A DNA stretch of 60,647 nt, counting the filler. It is 4 parts of 4 records of this genome, joined end to end, with 100 filler letters (N's around TTAATTAATTAA, not from the genome) between each part and the next. Parts side by side here need not be neighbours in the genome. Positions count along the whole stretch, not along the records: positions 1 to 26,067 come from SRR22947725_4537; 3 more parts are not named here. One strand, written 5' to 3'. The notes under the pieces are model-generated. The model was not told where the DNA came from. It saw only the letters and a list, made by a program, of their open reading frames with translations, and searched no databases. Position 1 is the stretch's first letter. Each line of letters opens with the position of its first letter. Of this stretch, positions 1 to 10,200 are shown piece after piece. A program made the translations under genes and the position numbers.

Positions 1-843
1 ATAGGCGTGGGAGGTCGTGAAATTGGCTATATGTTTGGTCAGTACAAACGTTTAAAAAATGAGTTTACAGGTGTATTAACAGGTAAAGGAATCTCTTGGG
101 GGGGATCACTTATTCGCCCTGAGGCAACGGGTTATGGAGCAGTTTATTTTGCTCAGAACATGTTGCAAACTAGGGGAGAATCTATTGAAGGGAAGAAAGT
201 AGTTATTTCTGGATCTGGAAATGTAGCGCAGTATGCCGCTGAAAAGGCCATTCAACTTGGCGCAACCGTTCTTACCTTGTCCGATTCATCTGGATTCATC
301 TACGACCCAGATGGCATAGATCAAGAAAAACTAGCCTACGTTATGCAGTTAAAAAACATTGATCGCAAGCGAATTCACGAATATGTAGCGCGCTATCCAA
401 AGGCAGGCTTCAATAAAGCTCAGAAGCCCTGGGGAATTGCTTGTGATATTGCGATGCCTTGTGCGACACAGAACGAACTCGATGAAAAAAGCGCAAAACA
501 GCTGGTTGATAATGGCTGCTACTGTATTAGCGAAGGCGCAAACATGCCATCAACTCCAGAAGCGATTATTCAATTTCACGCAAACAAAGTATTATATGCT
601 CCCGGCAAAGCGTCTAACGCAGGCGGAGTTGCTGTTTCTGGCCTTGAGATGGCACAAAACTCCTTACGCTATAATTGGACCCGTCAAGAAGTTGATAAGC
701 GCCTACAAGACATTATGGAAGATATCCACAAGGCTTGTTTGGAATATGGAGCTGAAAAAGGAGTTATTAATTATGAAAAAGGCGCTAACATAGCAGGTTT
801 TGTTAAGGTTGCTGATGCCATGCTTGCACAAGGTGTTGTATAA
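1..843 (+). CDS. gdhA: NADP-specific glutamate dehydrogenase, 5'-truncated by the window edge
   Basis: The frame is open from base 1 (IGVGGREIG). Motifs: GGSLIRPEATGYG, nucleotide-binding SGSGNVA, PCATQNE, EGANMP, PGKASNAGGVAVSGLEM and the C-terminal GANIAGFVKVADAM. Confidence 0.96.
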   Translation: MGVGGREIGYMFGQYKRLKNEFTGVLTGKGISWGGSLIRPEATGYGAVYFAQNMLQTRGESIEGKKVVISGSGNVAQYAAEKAIQLGATVLTLSDSSGFIYDPDGIDQEKLAYVMQLKNIDRKRIHEYVARYPKAGFNKAQKPWGIACDIAMPCATQNELDEKSAKQLVDNGCYCISEGANMPSTPEAIIQFHANKVLYAPGKASNAGGVAVSGLEMAQNSLRYNWTRQEVDKRLQDIMEDIHKACLEYGAEKGVINYEKGANIAGFVKVADAMLAQGVV

Positions 844-875
844 TATACCACAGCCATGATTTCACCGTTTCTTAT

Positions 876-3158
876 ATGATGATAACAATCAGGCAATTAA
901 TTAATTTGTTGTTCGTGACACTATGTGTTAATGTTCTCATTGCTCAAAATAGGCAATGGGAATCTATATATTCGTATAACAACACGACACTTGCGACACT
1001 TTTAAACGACCAGATTGTTACTGCTGCTGATAACGCTATTTTTGTGTACAACACCACGCAAAACACCTTCGAAACAATTACTACTATAGAGGGCCTCTCT
1101 GGAGAAAACTTTTCAGCGATAGCAATTTATGAAAATTACATTTTAGCAGGACAAGAAAACGGGACGCTTGCTAAAATTAATAGCTTTTCAAAAGAAGTTA
1201 AACTAGATAATTCTATCGAACGGAATTCTGCCATAAATGCAAACGAAAAATCCATTAATCACATTTATGTAGGAGAAGACATAGCCTATTTATCTACAGG
1301 CTTTGGTGTTGTTGAAATTAACCCGTTGACCCTAGAATTTGGAGACACGTATTATTTTGGATCGACCAGCAGCAGAATAGCTGTAATGCAAACACTAGTG
1401 TTTCAAAATCAAATTTATGCTGCTACAGCTCAAGGGATTTATCGAACTCCGCTAAATAACAAACAACGCCTTGAATTCTCAAGCTGGGAGCGGGTGTCAT
1501 TAGGGAAATGGTCAGCTATTTGGATTCAAGATGGAAACGTATTTGCCGCTCAGGACTTGGGTAATGCGGTTAGCTTTCACCAATGCACACCTACTTTAGT
1601 CGAAAAAGTCCGTTTTTCGGGTGCCGTTAAACATGTTGAACCTCATGAAAATGGCGTTGTATTAACCCTTTCGAAAGTGTATAAACTCGATAAGACGTTT
1701 ATTGTTAAAGAGACAATTTCAGATATTGAAGAAGTTAGCAACAACACATATACATTTGGACTCGTACATAACGGAGAAACCTGGCTTGGAACCTCAAACC
1801 AAGGTTTAATTCGATACACATCACCAGAAAACTACAGCTTTGTGAGCCCACAAGGGCCTCTAAAAAACAGCATTTTTGACATTGAGTCTTTATCAAGTGA
1901 ATTATGGATAGCACACGGAGATTATACGTTGTTTTACAATCCTTCCCCTAATAAAAGATATGGATTAAGCCATTCCAAAGAAGGCCAATGGATTAATGTT
2001 GAAAACAGCGCGCTTTTTAACGCAGTAAACCTTTCTAGGGTAGTTGCACACCCTAATATTATTGGGACTGCTTATGCGTGTTCTTTTAGTAGTGGCATCG
2101 TGCTTTTAGAAGACAATACCCCAGTAGTTTTATGGAATCAAACCAATAGCGGCTTAGAGAGTTTATCATTCGTTGGTCCAGATTACGTGAGTATCCGCGT
2201 ACGTGATGCCATTGTTGACGAGCAAGGCAACCTATGGTCCATAACCACATTTGTACAAGAAGGATTAAAAAAACTCAGCCCTTCAGGCCAATGGACGTCT
2301 TATGACTTGTCAGAAGTTGTTTTGGATTACAAAAAGGAGTCAGGGTACTCAAATCTAGAGCTATTTAACAATAAATACCTATTCTTTGGTGGCGTAGAAA
2401 GTGGTCTTATTGGTGTAGACATTTCTCAATCGCCTCCACTTATGAAACGAATTATGGGTGGCGACAGCGGCCTGCCAAGTGATGATGTGCGGAGTATACG
2501 ATTGGACAAAGACAACCGACTATGGGTTGGAACACGTGAAGGAATTGCGGTATTGTATGCCCCCAATCGTTTTTTTGAGGAGGATACGCAGCTCCGTTCA
2601 ATCGTAATTTCAGACGGGGGAAACCTTCGAGAATTGTTGAGCGGGCAGCTCATCACAGATATCGAAGTAGATGGCAACAATCAGAAATGGATAAGTACAG
2701 CAAATGCCGGAGTATTTTTGGTGAGCCCAAATGGCACAGAAACCTTACAATATTTCACAAAAGAGAACAGCCCACTTCCAACGTCTTCTGTTAAAACAAT
2801 AGGGATTGACAATAGCACCGGGAAAGTATTTTTGGGGACTCTAAAAGGGATGGTGTCTTTTCAAGGAGACGCATATCAAGAGTCCGAATCTCTTGATCAG
2901 GTGAATGTATTTCCCAATCCTGTTAGACCAAATTATACTGGTAAATTGACTATTAGAGGTTTACAGCAAAATGCACGTATAAAAATCACAGATATTGCAG
3001 GAAACTTAGTCTATGACACTTCAAGTGAAGGAGGAAGTATTAGCTGGGATTTACGCTCATTTTCCGGTAAACGCGTAGCTTCTGGAGTATATTTGATTTT
3101 TGTTTCTACAAAAGACGGGCTAGACAGCACGGTAAAAAAAGTAATGATTATTAATTGA
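876..3158 (+). CDS. porZ: PorZ-like type IX secretion system component (beta-propeller repeats plus C-terminal T9SS CTD)
   Basis: Signal peptide; repeated propeller blades (D..GNLW, DKDNRLWVGT, DGNNQKWIST, FTKENSPLP); CTD VNVFPNPV...GVYLIFV...KKVMIIN. It lies directly upstream of recO, the usual Bacteroidota position. Confidence 0.8.
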   Translation: MMITIRQLINLLFVTLCVNVLIAQNRQWESIYSYNNTTLATLLNDQIVTAADNAIFVYNTTQNTFETITTIEGLSGENFSAIAIYENYILAGQENGTLAKINSFSKEVKLDNSIERNSAINANEKSINHIYVGEDIAYLSTGFGVVEINPLTLEFGDTYYFGSTSSRIAVMQTLVFQNQIYAATAQGIYRTPLNNKQRLEFSSWERVSLGKWSAIWIQDGNVFAAQDLGNAVSFHQCTPTLVEKVRFSGAVKHVEPHENGVVLTLSKVYKLDKTFIVKETISDIEEVSNNTYTFGLVHNGETWLGTSNQGLIRYTSPENYSFVSPQGPLKNSIFDIESLSSELWIAHGDYTLFYNPSPNKRYGLSHSKEGQWINVENSALFNAVNLSRVVAHPNIIGTAYACSFSSGIVLLEDNTPVVLWNQTNSGLESLSFVGPDYVSIRVRDAIVDEQGNLWSITTFVQEGLKKLSPSGQWTSYDLSEVVLDYKKESGYSNLELFNNKYLFFGGVESGLIGVDISQSPPLMKRIMGGDSGLPSDDVRSIRLDKDNRLWVGTREGIAVLYAPNRFFEEDTQLRSIVISDGGNLRELLSGQLITDIEVDGNNQKWISTANAGVFLVSPNGTETLQYFTKENSPLPTSSVKTIGIDNSTGKVFLGTLKGMVSFQGDAYQESESLDQVNVFPNPVRPNYTGKLTIRGLQQNARIKITDIAGNLVYDTSSEGGSISWDLRSFSGKRVASGVYLIFVSTKDGLDSTVKKVMIIN

Positions 3159-3883
3159 TGGAACATCCGTCGAAAGCTTTTGTATTACACACCATAAAAT
3201 ATGGTGAGACGAGTGTGATCCTTCACTGTTATACCCAACGGCATGGAGTTAGAGCATTTATTGTCAAAGGCGTGCGCTCAGCTAAGCGCAACAAAGCGTT
3301 TTCCATGGGGATGTTTCAACCCCTAACGCAATTAGAAGTCGTAGCAACCACACCCAAGCGCTCAGGTCTTTCGGTATTAAAATCTGCCAAAATCACCAAC
3401 CCTTATACCACGGTTAATGTGGAGATTACAAAATCGAGTGTATGCATGTTTTTGGCTGAAGTTTTGCGATCAGTACTTAACGAAGAAGAAGAAAACCTGG
3501 CTCTTTATGCCTTTTTAGAGCATGCATTCTATTGGTTAGACACTCAAGAGCAAACAGCAAATTTTCACCTTTTTGTGTTGATTCATCTAACCAAGTATTT
3601 GGGCTTTTTCCCCGAAGTAACAAGTGTTAGTTATCCGTATTTTGACCTTCAAAGCGGACAGTTTTCTGAACACGCTGTAAGCAAGCACTGCATTAGCGGA
3701 GAAGAAATAGTTTTGTTAAAACAATACTTAGGTATAAAATTTGATAGGATACAAACAGTTTTGGTCTCTTCTGAACAACGAAGAAAGCTTTTGAATGTAT
3801 TATTACAATATTATCATATGCATATACAGGAGTTTAAAACACCAAAATCATTAGAGGTTTTATATGAAGTATTTCATAAGTAG
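3155..3883 (+). CDS. recO: DNA repair protein RecO
   Basis: N-terminal OB-fold pattern VLHTIKYGETSVILHCYT..G...FIVKG, then FQPL and LTKYLGFFP, and C-terminal KSLEVL. The start may be the ATG at 3158. Confidence 0.92.
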   Translation: MMEHPSKAFVLHTIKYGETSVILHCYTQRHGVRAFIVKGVRSAKRNKAFSMGMFQPLTQLEVVATTPKRSGLSVLKSAKITNPYTTVNVEITKSSVCMFLAEVLRSVLNEEEENLALYAFLEHAFYWLDTQEQTANFHLFVLIHLTKYLGFFPEVTSVSYPYFDLQSGQFSEHAVSKHCISGEEIVLLKQYLGIKFDRIQTVLVSSEQRRKLLNVLLQYYHMHIQEFKTPKSLEVLYEVFHK

Positions 3884-6329
3884 TTTTTTGCTTGCTTTTG
3901 GGCTTAGTTGCTTTGCTCAGCGCGTTGTGCTTAAAGACGCTGTAACACATCAAGCTCTTCCAAACGTATCGGTCGTGGATATTAAAAAAGAACACTTCTC
4001 AACTTCAGATTCTCTTGGAATAGTGTATTTAGATTCTTTTTCCGACAAAGCTCAGATTAGATTTATTCATATGGGCTACAGCACGCAACAGCAGCACAAG
4101 AGCCAGATCAAAGCTAACCAGATAATTTGGATGATCCCTGGAGCTGAAAACCTCAATGAGATCGTATTGTCTGTCTCAAGGATGACCGTAAAAAAGCAAC
4201 GATTAGCCCAGCAAGTTGGAATTTTAACCCAAGATGAAATCCAAAAGCAAAGTCCTGAAAACACCGCAGTTATGTTACGCGAAGTTCCTGGAGTTCGCGT
4301 ACAACAATCACAAGGAGGCGGAGGAAGTCCAGTGCTACGAGGGTTTGAAGCAAACCGTGTCCTTTTGGTGGTTGATGGAGTACGCCTAAATAATGGGATT
4401 TCTCGTTCAGGTCACTTACATAACGCATTGACAATTGATCCACTTAGTTTAAGTCGAACGGAAATTATTTTTGGCCCTTCATCGGTTGGGTATGGCTCCG
4501 ACGCTCTTGGTGGTGTAATACACTTTTACACTAAAACCCCGCTAATTAATCAAGATAAAAAAATACATTTTTCGGGTTCTTCGTCTTATGCGTTTAAGCA
4601 AAATACTCTAAAGCAATCCCTTCACTTTGAATACAGTGCTCCAAAATGGGCCATGTTACAACAACTTTCATTCTCCAAATATGGAGATGTTGTTATGGGA
4701 AATCGAAGAGCACATGGGTATAACGACTGGGGGGAAGTAACTCAATATTCTCAAAATAATGACCGATATTTTAATGCTAGCCCCTCTAAGAATTCGGATT
4801 CCTCGATTCAACAAAACTCTGGTTACCAACAACTTGATCTTTTCCAAAAATGGATTTACCATTCTTCCAATGGAATCAAATTTACGTTAAACCTTCAAGG
4901 CTCAACAACTGAAAACATTCCACGGTTTGATAAGCTTACTGAAAAGTGGGAAGGTGATCTGCGATTTGCACGTTGGGAATATGGACCACAAAAACGCATA
5001 TTAGTTTCACCTCAACTTAGCTTCGTGGGGAATACAACGTTGATGGATTCTGGAAAAATTATTGCAGCCGTGCAATTATTGGAAGAATCTAGAATACAAC
5101 GAAAATTTTCCAGTTTGTCACGCCAAACCCAGCAAGAGCAAGTTTATGTGTATAGCCTAAATGCGGATTTTAAAGCCAAAACATTAAATAAAAGTGAGCT
5201 TTCATATGGAGCTGAAATAACCCACAATCGTGTTCGTTCTGTGGCTTTTGCCCAGCAGCTTGTCGTACAAGGGACTACCATAACAAGTCTTGATCCAAAA
5301 ACGGCAATTGCTACTCGTTATCCCAGTGCGGGAAGCACTTATGCAACAGTTGCGGCCTATATGGACTATCGTAAGTATTTGACCCCAAAGAGCACCCTTA
5401 ACTTAGGCGCACGCCATACACTAACAGAAATAGACGCACGTTGGTCTGAACAATCCCTTATTGATGTAGGCCTTGGGCATGTTTATCAAAATCACCAATC
5501 ATCAAATGTGACGATTGGCTTTAATTATCAATCAAAGAAACAATGGCAACTCAAGGCCTTATTTTCTACAGGGTTTAGAGCCCCAAATATTGATGATTTA
5601 GGAAAGACTCGCGAAAACAATGGCTTATTGTCCGTTCCAAATTTGGAACTTAAACCAGAATATATTTATAGCACCGACCTAGGCGCAAGAAAGCAGTGGG
5701 AAGACGGCTCATATATTGAAGGCAATGGGTATTTTGCTTTTGTAAACGACTATATCGCTCGTGGCCCTTACATGCTTGTGCACGATTATTCAACCTCCGA
5801 CCCGAAAACCATGATTTTCTCTGGGGATGAGGTAATTACAACGGCCAATATTAATGTCGGATCAGTTAAAGTGGCGGGTTTTAGCACACAAGCCAAGTTG
5901 CAGCTCAATACAAAGCTTTCATACCAGGGATCTGCCACACTAACCAAAGGTTGGGGTAATACAAAAAGTGGGAACCTTCCATCGATTAGCCCTTTGTTCA
6001 TTGCACAAAAGCTGGAATGGGAACTACTCAAGGGAGAAGTCTCTTTACGATGGTATTACGCCGGAGCAAAAGCAGCACACAACTATAGCCCTTGGGGAGA
6101 AGATGGGCTTGAAGAAACACCCTTACTTTCTAATGAAATGGAAACACCGATCTATGCAGGCGCCCCATCCTGGCACCGTTGGGACATTGAAGTAGGATTT
6201 CCATTAAGTAACGCAGTAAAGCTTTCAGGAGGTATTTTTAACCTATGGGACACGCATTACCGCGAATTTGCTTCAGGGATTTCAGCGCCAGGGCGCACCC
6301 TTAAGCTTGTTGTTCGCTACGATTTGTAA
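3864..6329 (+). CDS. TonB-dependent outer-membrane receptor
   Basis: Signal peptide; plug motifs SQGGGGSPVLRGFEANRVLLVVDGVRLNN and FGPSSVGYGSDALGGVI; GFRAPNIDD; C-terminal NLWDTHY...PGRT. Substrate not determinable. Confidence 0.9.
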   Translation: MKYFISSFLLAFGLSCFAQRVVLKDAVTHQALPNVSVVDIKKEHFSTSDSLGIVYLDSFSDKAQIRFIHMGYSTQQQHKSQIKANQIIWMIPGAENLNEIVLSVSRMTVKKQRLAQQVGILTQDEIQKQSPENTAVMLREVPGVRVQQSQGGGGSPVLRGFEANRVLLVVDGVRLNNGISRSGHLHNALTIDPLSLSRTEIIFGPSSVGYGSDALGGVIHFYTKTPLINQDKKIHFSGSSSYAFKQNTLKQSLHFEYSAPKWAMLQQLSFSKYGDVVMGNRRAHGYNDWGEVTQYSQNNDRYFNASPSKNSDSSIQQNSGYQQLDLFQKWIYHSSNGIKFTLNLQGSTTENIPRFDKLTEKWEGDLRFARWEYGPQKRILVSPQLSFVGNTTLMDSGKIIAAVQLLEESRIQRKFSSLSRQTQQEQVYVYSLNADFKAKTLNKSELSYGAEITHNRVRSVAFAQQLVVQGTTITSLDPKTAIATRYPSAGSTYATVAAYMDYRKYLTPKSTLNLGARHTLTEIDARWSEQSLIDVGLGHVYQNHQSSNVTIGFNYQSKKQWQLKALFSTGFRAPNIDDLGKTRENNGLLSVPNLELKPEYIYSTDLGARKQWEDGSYIEGNGYFAFVNDYIARGPYMLVHDYSTSDPKTMIFSGDEVITTANINVGSVKVAGFSTQAKLQLNTKLSYQGSATLTKGWGNTKSGNLPSISPLFIAQKLEWELLKGEVSLRWYYAGAKAAHNYSPWGEDGLEETPLLSNEMETPIYAGAPSWHRWDIEVGFPLSNAVKLSGGIFNLWDTHYREFASGISAPGRTLKLVVRYDL

Positions 6330-6372
6330 CTACTCACTTCAAGAAGAACATAATTTTTTGGGCTAAAATGGT

Positions 6373-6380
6373 TACTTTCG
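6373..6380 (+). promoter_or_regulatory. Bacteroidota -7 promoter element variant (TACTTTCG) upstream of ileS
   Basis: Matches TAnnTTTG with one mismatch, in the short intergenic region before ileS. Confidence 0.5.
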
Positions 6381-6405
6381 CAAGCATAATTTTTAGGCCA
6401 ATCGT

Positions 6406-9400
6406 TTGTTTCCAACGTACTCACATCTTGATTTAACAACTACCGCAGCAGAGATTGCTTCTTTTTGGGAGGAACATCTTGTTTTTGAGGCTAGCGTAGA
6501 AATACGAGAAGGCATGCCTCCATTTGTGTTCTTCGAAGGACCTCCTTCTGCCAATGGCCTTCCTGGAATTCATCACGTTTTAGCACGCGCATTAAAGGAT
6601 ATATTTTGCAGGTATAAAACCCAACAAGGCTTTCAGGTAAAGCGTAAAGCAGGATGGGATACCCACGGACTCCCTGTTGAGCTAGGCGTTGAAAAGGAAC
6701 TGGGCATTACCAAAGAAGATATTGGAAAAACCATAAGTGTTTCAGACTACAACAAAGCTTGTCGTGAAGCTGTGATGCGGTATACAGACATTTGGAATGA
6801 CCTAACAAAAAAAATGGGCTACTGGGTAGATATGGACGATCCATATGTCACTTATGACGCCAAGTACATGGAGTCTGTTTGGTGGCTACTTGCCACGCTT
6901 TATGAAAAAGGGATTATTTACAAAGGGTATACTATTCAGCCATATTCACCCATGGCAGGAACAGGACTTTCATCACATGAACTTAACCAACCAGGTTGTT
7001 ATAGAGATGTCAGTGATACTTCAGTAACGGCACAGTTTAAAACGCACGACGCATCCTTGCCAGCGTCGCTTCGGGGAAGTCTACCACTACATATTTTAGC
7101 TTGGACTACAACACCATGGACACTTCCTTCCAATACAGCACTTACAGTAGGGCCTAAAATCACGTATGCCGTTGTACAAACGTTTAACCAGTATACGCAC
7201 GCACCTGTACGCGTTCTATTAGCTGAAAAGCTTATTACAAAGCAGTTTGGTAAGAAATACCAGCAGATTGAAGATCAAGCATTACTTTCTGGCTACGATA
7301 AAACCGCTAAAAACATTCCTTTTTGGATCGAGCAATCGATTTTGGGGGCTGACCTTGTTGGAATAACATACGAACAATTATGGGCTGAAGCTCCACTTCC
7401 TTATCAAAATCCTGAGAATGCGTTTCGTATTATTTCTGGAAACTTTGTAACCACAGAAGATGGTACAGGCATCGTACATACTGCACCCACTTTTGGTGCT
7501 GATGATGCTTTAGTTGCCAAAGAAGCTACGCCTCCAATACCACCGCTTTTGGTTCTAGACGACCAAGAACAACCCGTACCATTGGTCGACTTACAAGGAA
7601 AGTTTAGACCCGAAGTAGGTCTTGTTGGCGGAAAGCTTATCAAAAATGAATTTTACCCTAAAGCAACGGCTCCTGAAAAATCGGTAGACGTAGAAATTGC
7701 GATTCGGCTAAAAGAAGAAAACAAAGCATTCAATGTCGAAAAATACGTACACAGTTACCCACACTGTTGGCGTACTGATGCACCGATTTTGTATTATCCG
7801 CTAGACTCTTGGTTTATCAATGTGCAGGGACACAAAGATCAAATGGTTGCCTTGAATAAAACCATTCAATGGAAGCCTACAAAAACTGGGGAAGGACGAT
7901 TTGGAAATTGGCTTGCTAATGCCAACGATTGGAATTTATCACGTTCTCGTTTTTGGGGAATTCCGCTTCCTATTTGGCGTACATCGGACGGAAGTGAGAC
8001 TCGTGTTTTTGGATCAGCAAAAGCACTTAAAGAAGCTGTAGATGAGGCAGTTGTAGCTGGATTAATGCTTAAAAATCCGCTGGATAGTTTTGTGCCTGAC
8101 GATATGTCTGAACAAAATTATCAGCAGCTAGATTTACACAAAGATATTGTTGATGAATTAGTCTTACTTAGTGAATCGGGAAAACCTATGTATCGTGAAT
8201 CCGATCTTATCGACGTTTGGTTTGACTCTGGAGCAATGCCTTATGCTCAATGGCATTATCCATTCGAAAACAAAGAAAAAATTGATGAGGGAACTGCATT
8301 TCCAGCGGATTATATCGCTGAAGGAGTAGACCAAACACGCGGATGGTTTTACACCTTACACACCATTGCTACACTTGTTTTTGATAGTGTTGCTTATAAA
8401 AATGTAGTTTCCAATGGATTGGTGTTGGATAAAAGCGGTCAAAAAATGTCTAAGCGACTAGGCAATGCCGCAGATCCGTTTGAGACCTTAGAAAAATATA
8501 GCCCAGATGCCACCCGATGGTACATGATTAGCAATGCTAACCCATGGGATAATCTAAAATTTGACCTAGAAGGAATTGAGGAAGTACGAAGAAAATTCTT
8601 TGGCACCCTGTATAACACCTATTCGTTTTTTGTTCTGTACGCTAATATTGATGGGTTTACTTATGCCGAAGACGAAATTGCTGTAGCAGAACGACCAGAA
8701 ATAGATCAATGGATCCTTTCAGAACTGCATAGTCTTGTTCAAAAGACAACAGATTATTTTGATTCCTATGAGCCAACACGCGCTTGTCGTGCGATAGCAC
8801 ACTTTGTAACAGAAGATTTGAGTAATTGGTATGTGCGTTTGTGTCGTCGCCGTTTTTGGAAAGGCAGCTACGAAGCAGATAAAATTGCCGCCTATCAGAC
8901 ACTTTATGAATGTTTATTGAGTGTGGCTAAAATGATAGCTCCTGTTGCTCCGTTCTATGCAGATCGTTTATACCAAGATTTAAATGGGATTACCAAAAAG
9001 GAGAGAGCATCCTCAGTACACCTAGCCTATTATCCAAAAGTAAACACACCCTATATCGACTCGGAGCTTGAGCAAAAAATGCAGCGCGCACAGAAAATTA
9101 CTTCGTTGGTATTGTCGTTGAGAAAGCGAGAAAAAATAAAAGTTCGCCAACCCCTGCAGCGCATTATGATTCCTGTTTTGGACGCTACTGAGCGCAAGCA
9201 AGTTGAAGCAGTGTCGGCACTTATAGCCGCTGAGGTTAATGTAAAGACTGTTGAATTGCTCGATGATACGGCCTCTATTTTAGTAAAAGAGGTTAAACCA
9301 AATTTTAAAACATTAGGTCCTCGTTTTGGAAAGGATATGAAAAAAGTAGCTCAGGCCATTCAAGTTCTTGATGCAAATCAGGTGCAATCCTTAGAACAAA

Positions 9401-9810
9401 AAGGTAGCCTAATGCTTGAAATTGATGATAAAAGCTGTAATTTAGAACTAACAGATGTGGTAATAAGCTCTAAAGATGTGGCGGGCTGGTTGGTCGCCTC
9501 AGAACAAGGGGTCACCGTAGCCTTGGATGTTCAAATGAACGAGGAACTTCGCTTAGAAGGGATGGCGCGCGAGCTTGTAAATAGGTTGCAAAACATGCGT
9601 AAGGACAAGGGCTTGGCAGTAACTGACACCATTGAAGTTACCCTAAAAGAAAGTGGGGAGTTGAATGCCATTTTAAAACAAAACAAAACGTATATTCAAC
9701 ATGAAATTTTAGCCACTACGATTCATGTGGTAAATGAGTTAAAAAAGAACGCAACGGACCTGTCATTTGATTCGTTGCAGACTAAAGTACAAATGATTAA
9801 ATCTTTATAG
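6406..9810 (+). CDS. ileS: Isoleucine--tRNA ligase, type 2 (IleRS2)
   Basis: EGPPSANGLPGIHH, GWDTHGLPVE, editing-domain WTTTPWTLP and GTGIVH, DWNLSRSRFWG, EGVDQTRGWF, KMSKR; long C-terminus without a Cys zinc finger. Start codon uncertain (TTG; see findings). Confidence 0.97.
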   Translation: MFPTYSHLDLTTTAAEIASFWEEHLVFEASVEIREGMPPFVFFEGPPSANGLPGIHHVLARALKDIFCRYKTQQGFQVKRKAGWDTHGLPVELGVEKELGITKEDIGKTISVSDYNKACREAVMRYTDIWNDLTKKMGYWVDMDDPYVTYDAKYMESVWWLLATLYEKGIIYKGYTIQPYSPMAGTGLSSHELNQPGCYRDVSDTSVTAQFKTHDASLPASLRGSLPLHILAWTTTPWTLPSNTALTVGPKITYAVVQTFNQYTHAPVRVLLAEKLITKQFGKKYQQIEDQALLSGYDKTAKNIPFWIEQSILGADLVGITYEQLWAEAPLPYQNPENAFRIISGNFVTTEDGTGIVHTAPTFGADDALVAKEATPPIPPLLVLDDQEQPVPLVDLQGKFRPEVGLVGGKLIKNEFYPKATAPEKSVDVEIAIRLKEENKAFNVEKYVHSYPHCWRTDAPILYYPLDSWFINVQGHKDQMVALNKTIQWKPTKTGEGRFGNWLANANDWNLSRSRFWGIPLPIWRTSDGSETRVFGSAKALKEAVDEAVVAGLMLKNPLDSFVPDDMSEQNYQQLDLHKDIVDELVLLSESGKPMYRESDLIDVWFDSGAMPYAQWHYPFENKEKIDEGTAFPADYIAEGVDQTRGWFYTLHTIATLVFDSVAYKNVVSNGLVLDKSGQKMSKRLGNAADPFETLEKYSPDATRWYMISNANPWDNLKFDLEGIEEVRRKFFGTLYNTYSFFVLYANIDGFTYAEDEIAVAERPEIDQWILSELHSLVQKTTDYFDSYEPTRACRAIAHFVTEDLSNWYVRLCRRRFWKGSYEADKIAAYQTLYECLLSVAKMIAPVAPFYADRLYQDLNGITKKERASSVHLAYYPKVNTPYIDSELEQKMQRAQKITSLVLSLRKREKIKVRQPLQRIMIPVLDATERKQVEAVSALIAAEVNVKTVELLDDTASILVKEVKPNFKTLGPRFGKDMKKVAQAIQVLDANQVQSLEQKGSLMLEIDDKSCNLELTDVVISSKDVAGWLVASEQGVTVALDVQMNEELRLEGMARELVNRLQNMRKDKGLAVTDTIEVTLKESGELNAILKQNKTYIQHEILATTIHVVNELKKNATDLSFDSLQTKVQMIKSL

Positions 9811-9819
9811 CACAAGACT

Positions 9820-10197
9820 ATGGAACAGACAAATCGATATTCCGACGAAGCACTCCTAGAATTTAAGGAGCTTATTGAACAAAAAATCGCAAAAGCACAA
9901 AAAGATCTTGATCTTATACGCAGCGCTTATATGAATGATGGAAACAACGGTACTGATGATACAGCACCTACATTCAAAGCGTTTGAAGAAGGCTCAGAGA
10001 CGATGTCTAAAGAGGCCAATACACAGCTCGCTATTCGACAAGAAAAGTTTATTAGAGACTTAAAAAATGCCTTAATCCGTATTGAGAATAAAACCTACGG
10101 TGTATGCCGTGTTACAGGTAAACTAATCAACACGGAGCGCTTAAAGCTTGTACCACATGCAACGTTAAGCATCGAGGCTAAAAACATGCAGCGTTAA
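9820..10197 (+). CDS. TraR/DksA-family transcription factor
   Basis: Coiled coil followed by ALIRIENKTYGVCRVTGKLI...RL..VPHATLSIEAK; sits between ileS and lspA. Confidence 0.88.
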   Translation: MEQTNRYSDEALLEFKELIEQKIAKAQKDLDLIRSAYMNDGNNGTDDTAPTFKAFEEGSETMSKEANTQLAIRQEKFIRDLKNALIRIENKTYGVCRVTGKLINTERLKLVPHATLSIEAKNMQR

Positions 10198-10200
10198 TAC

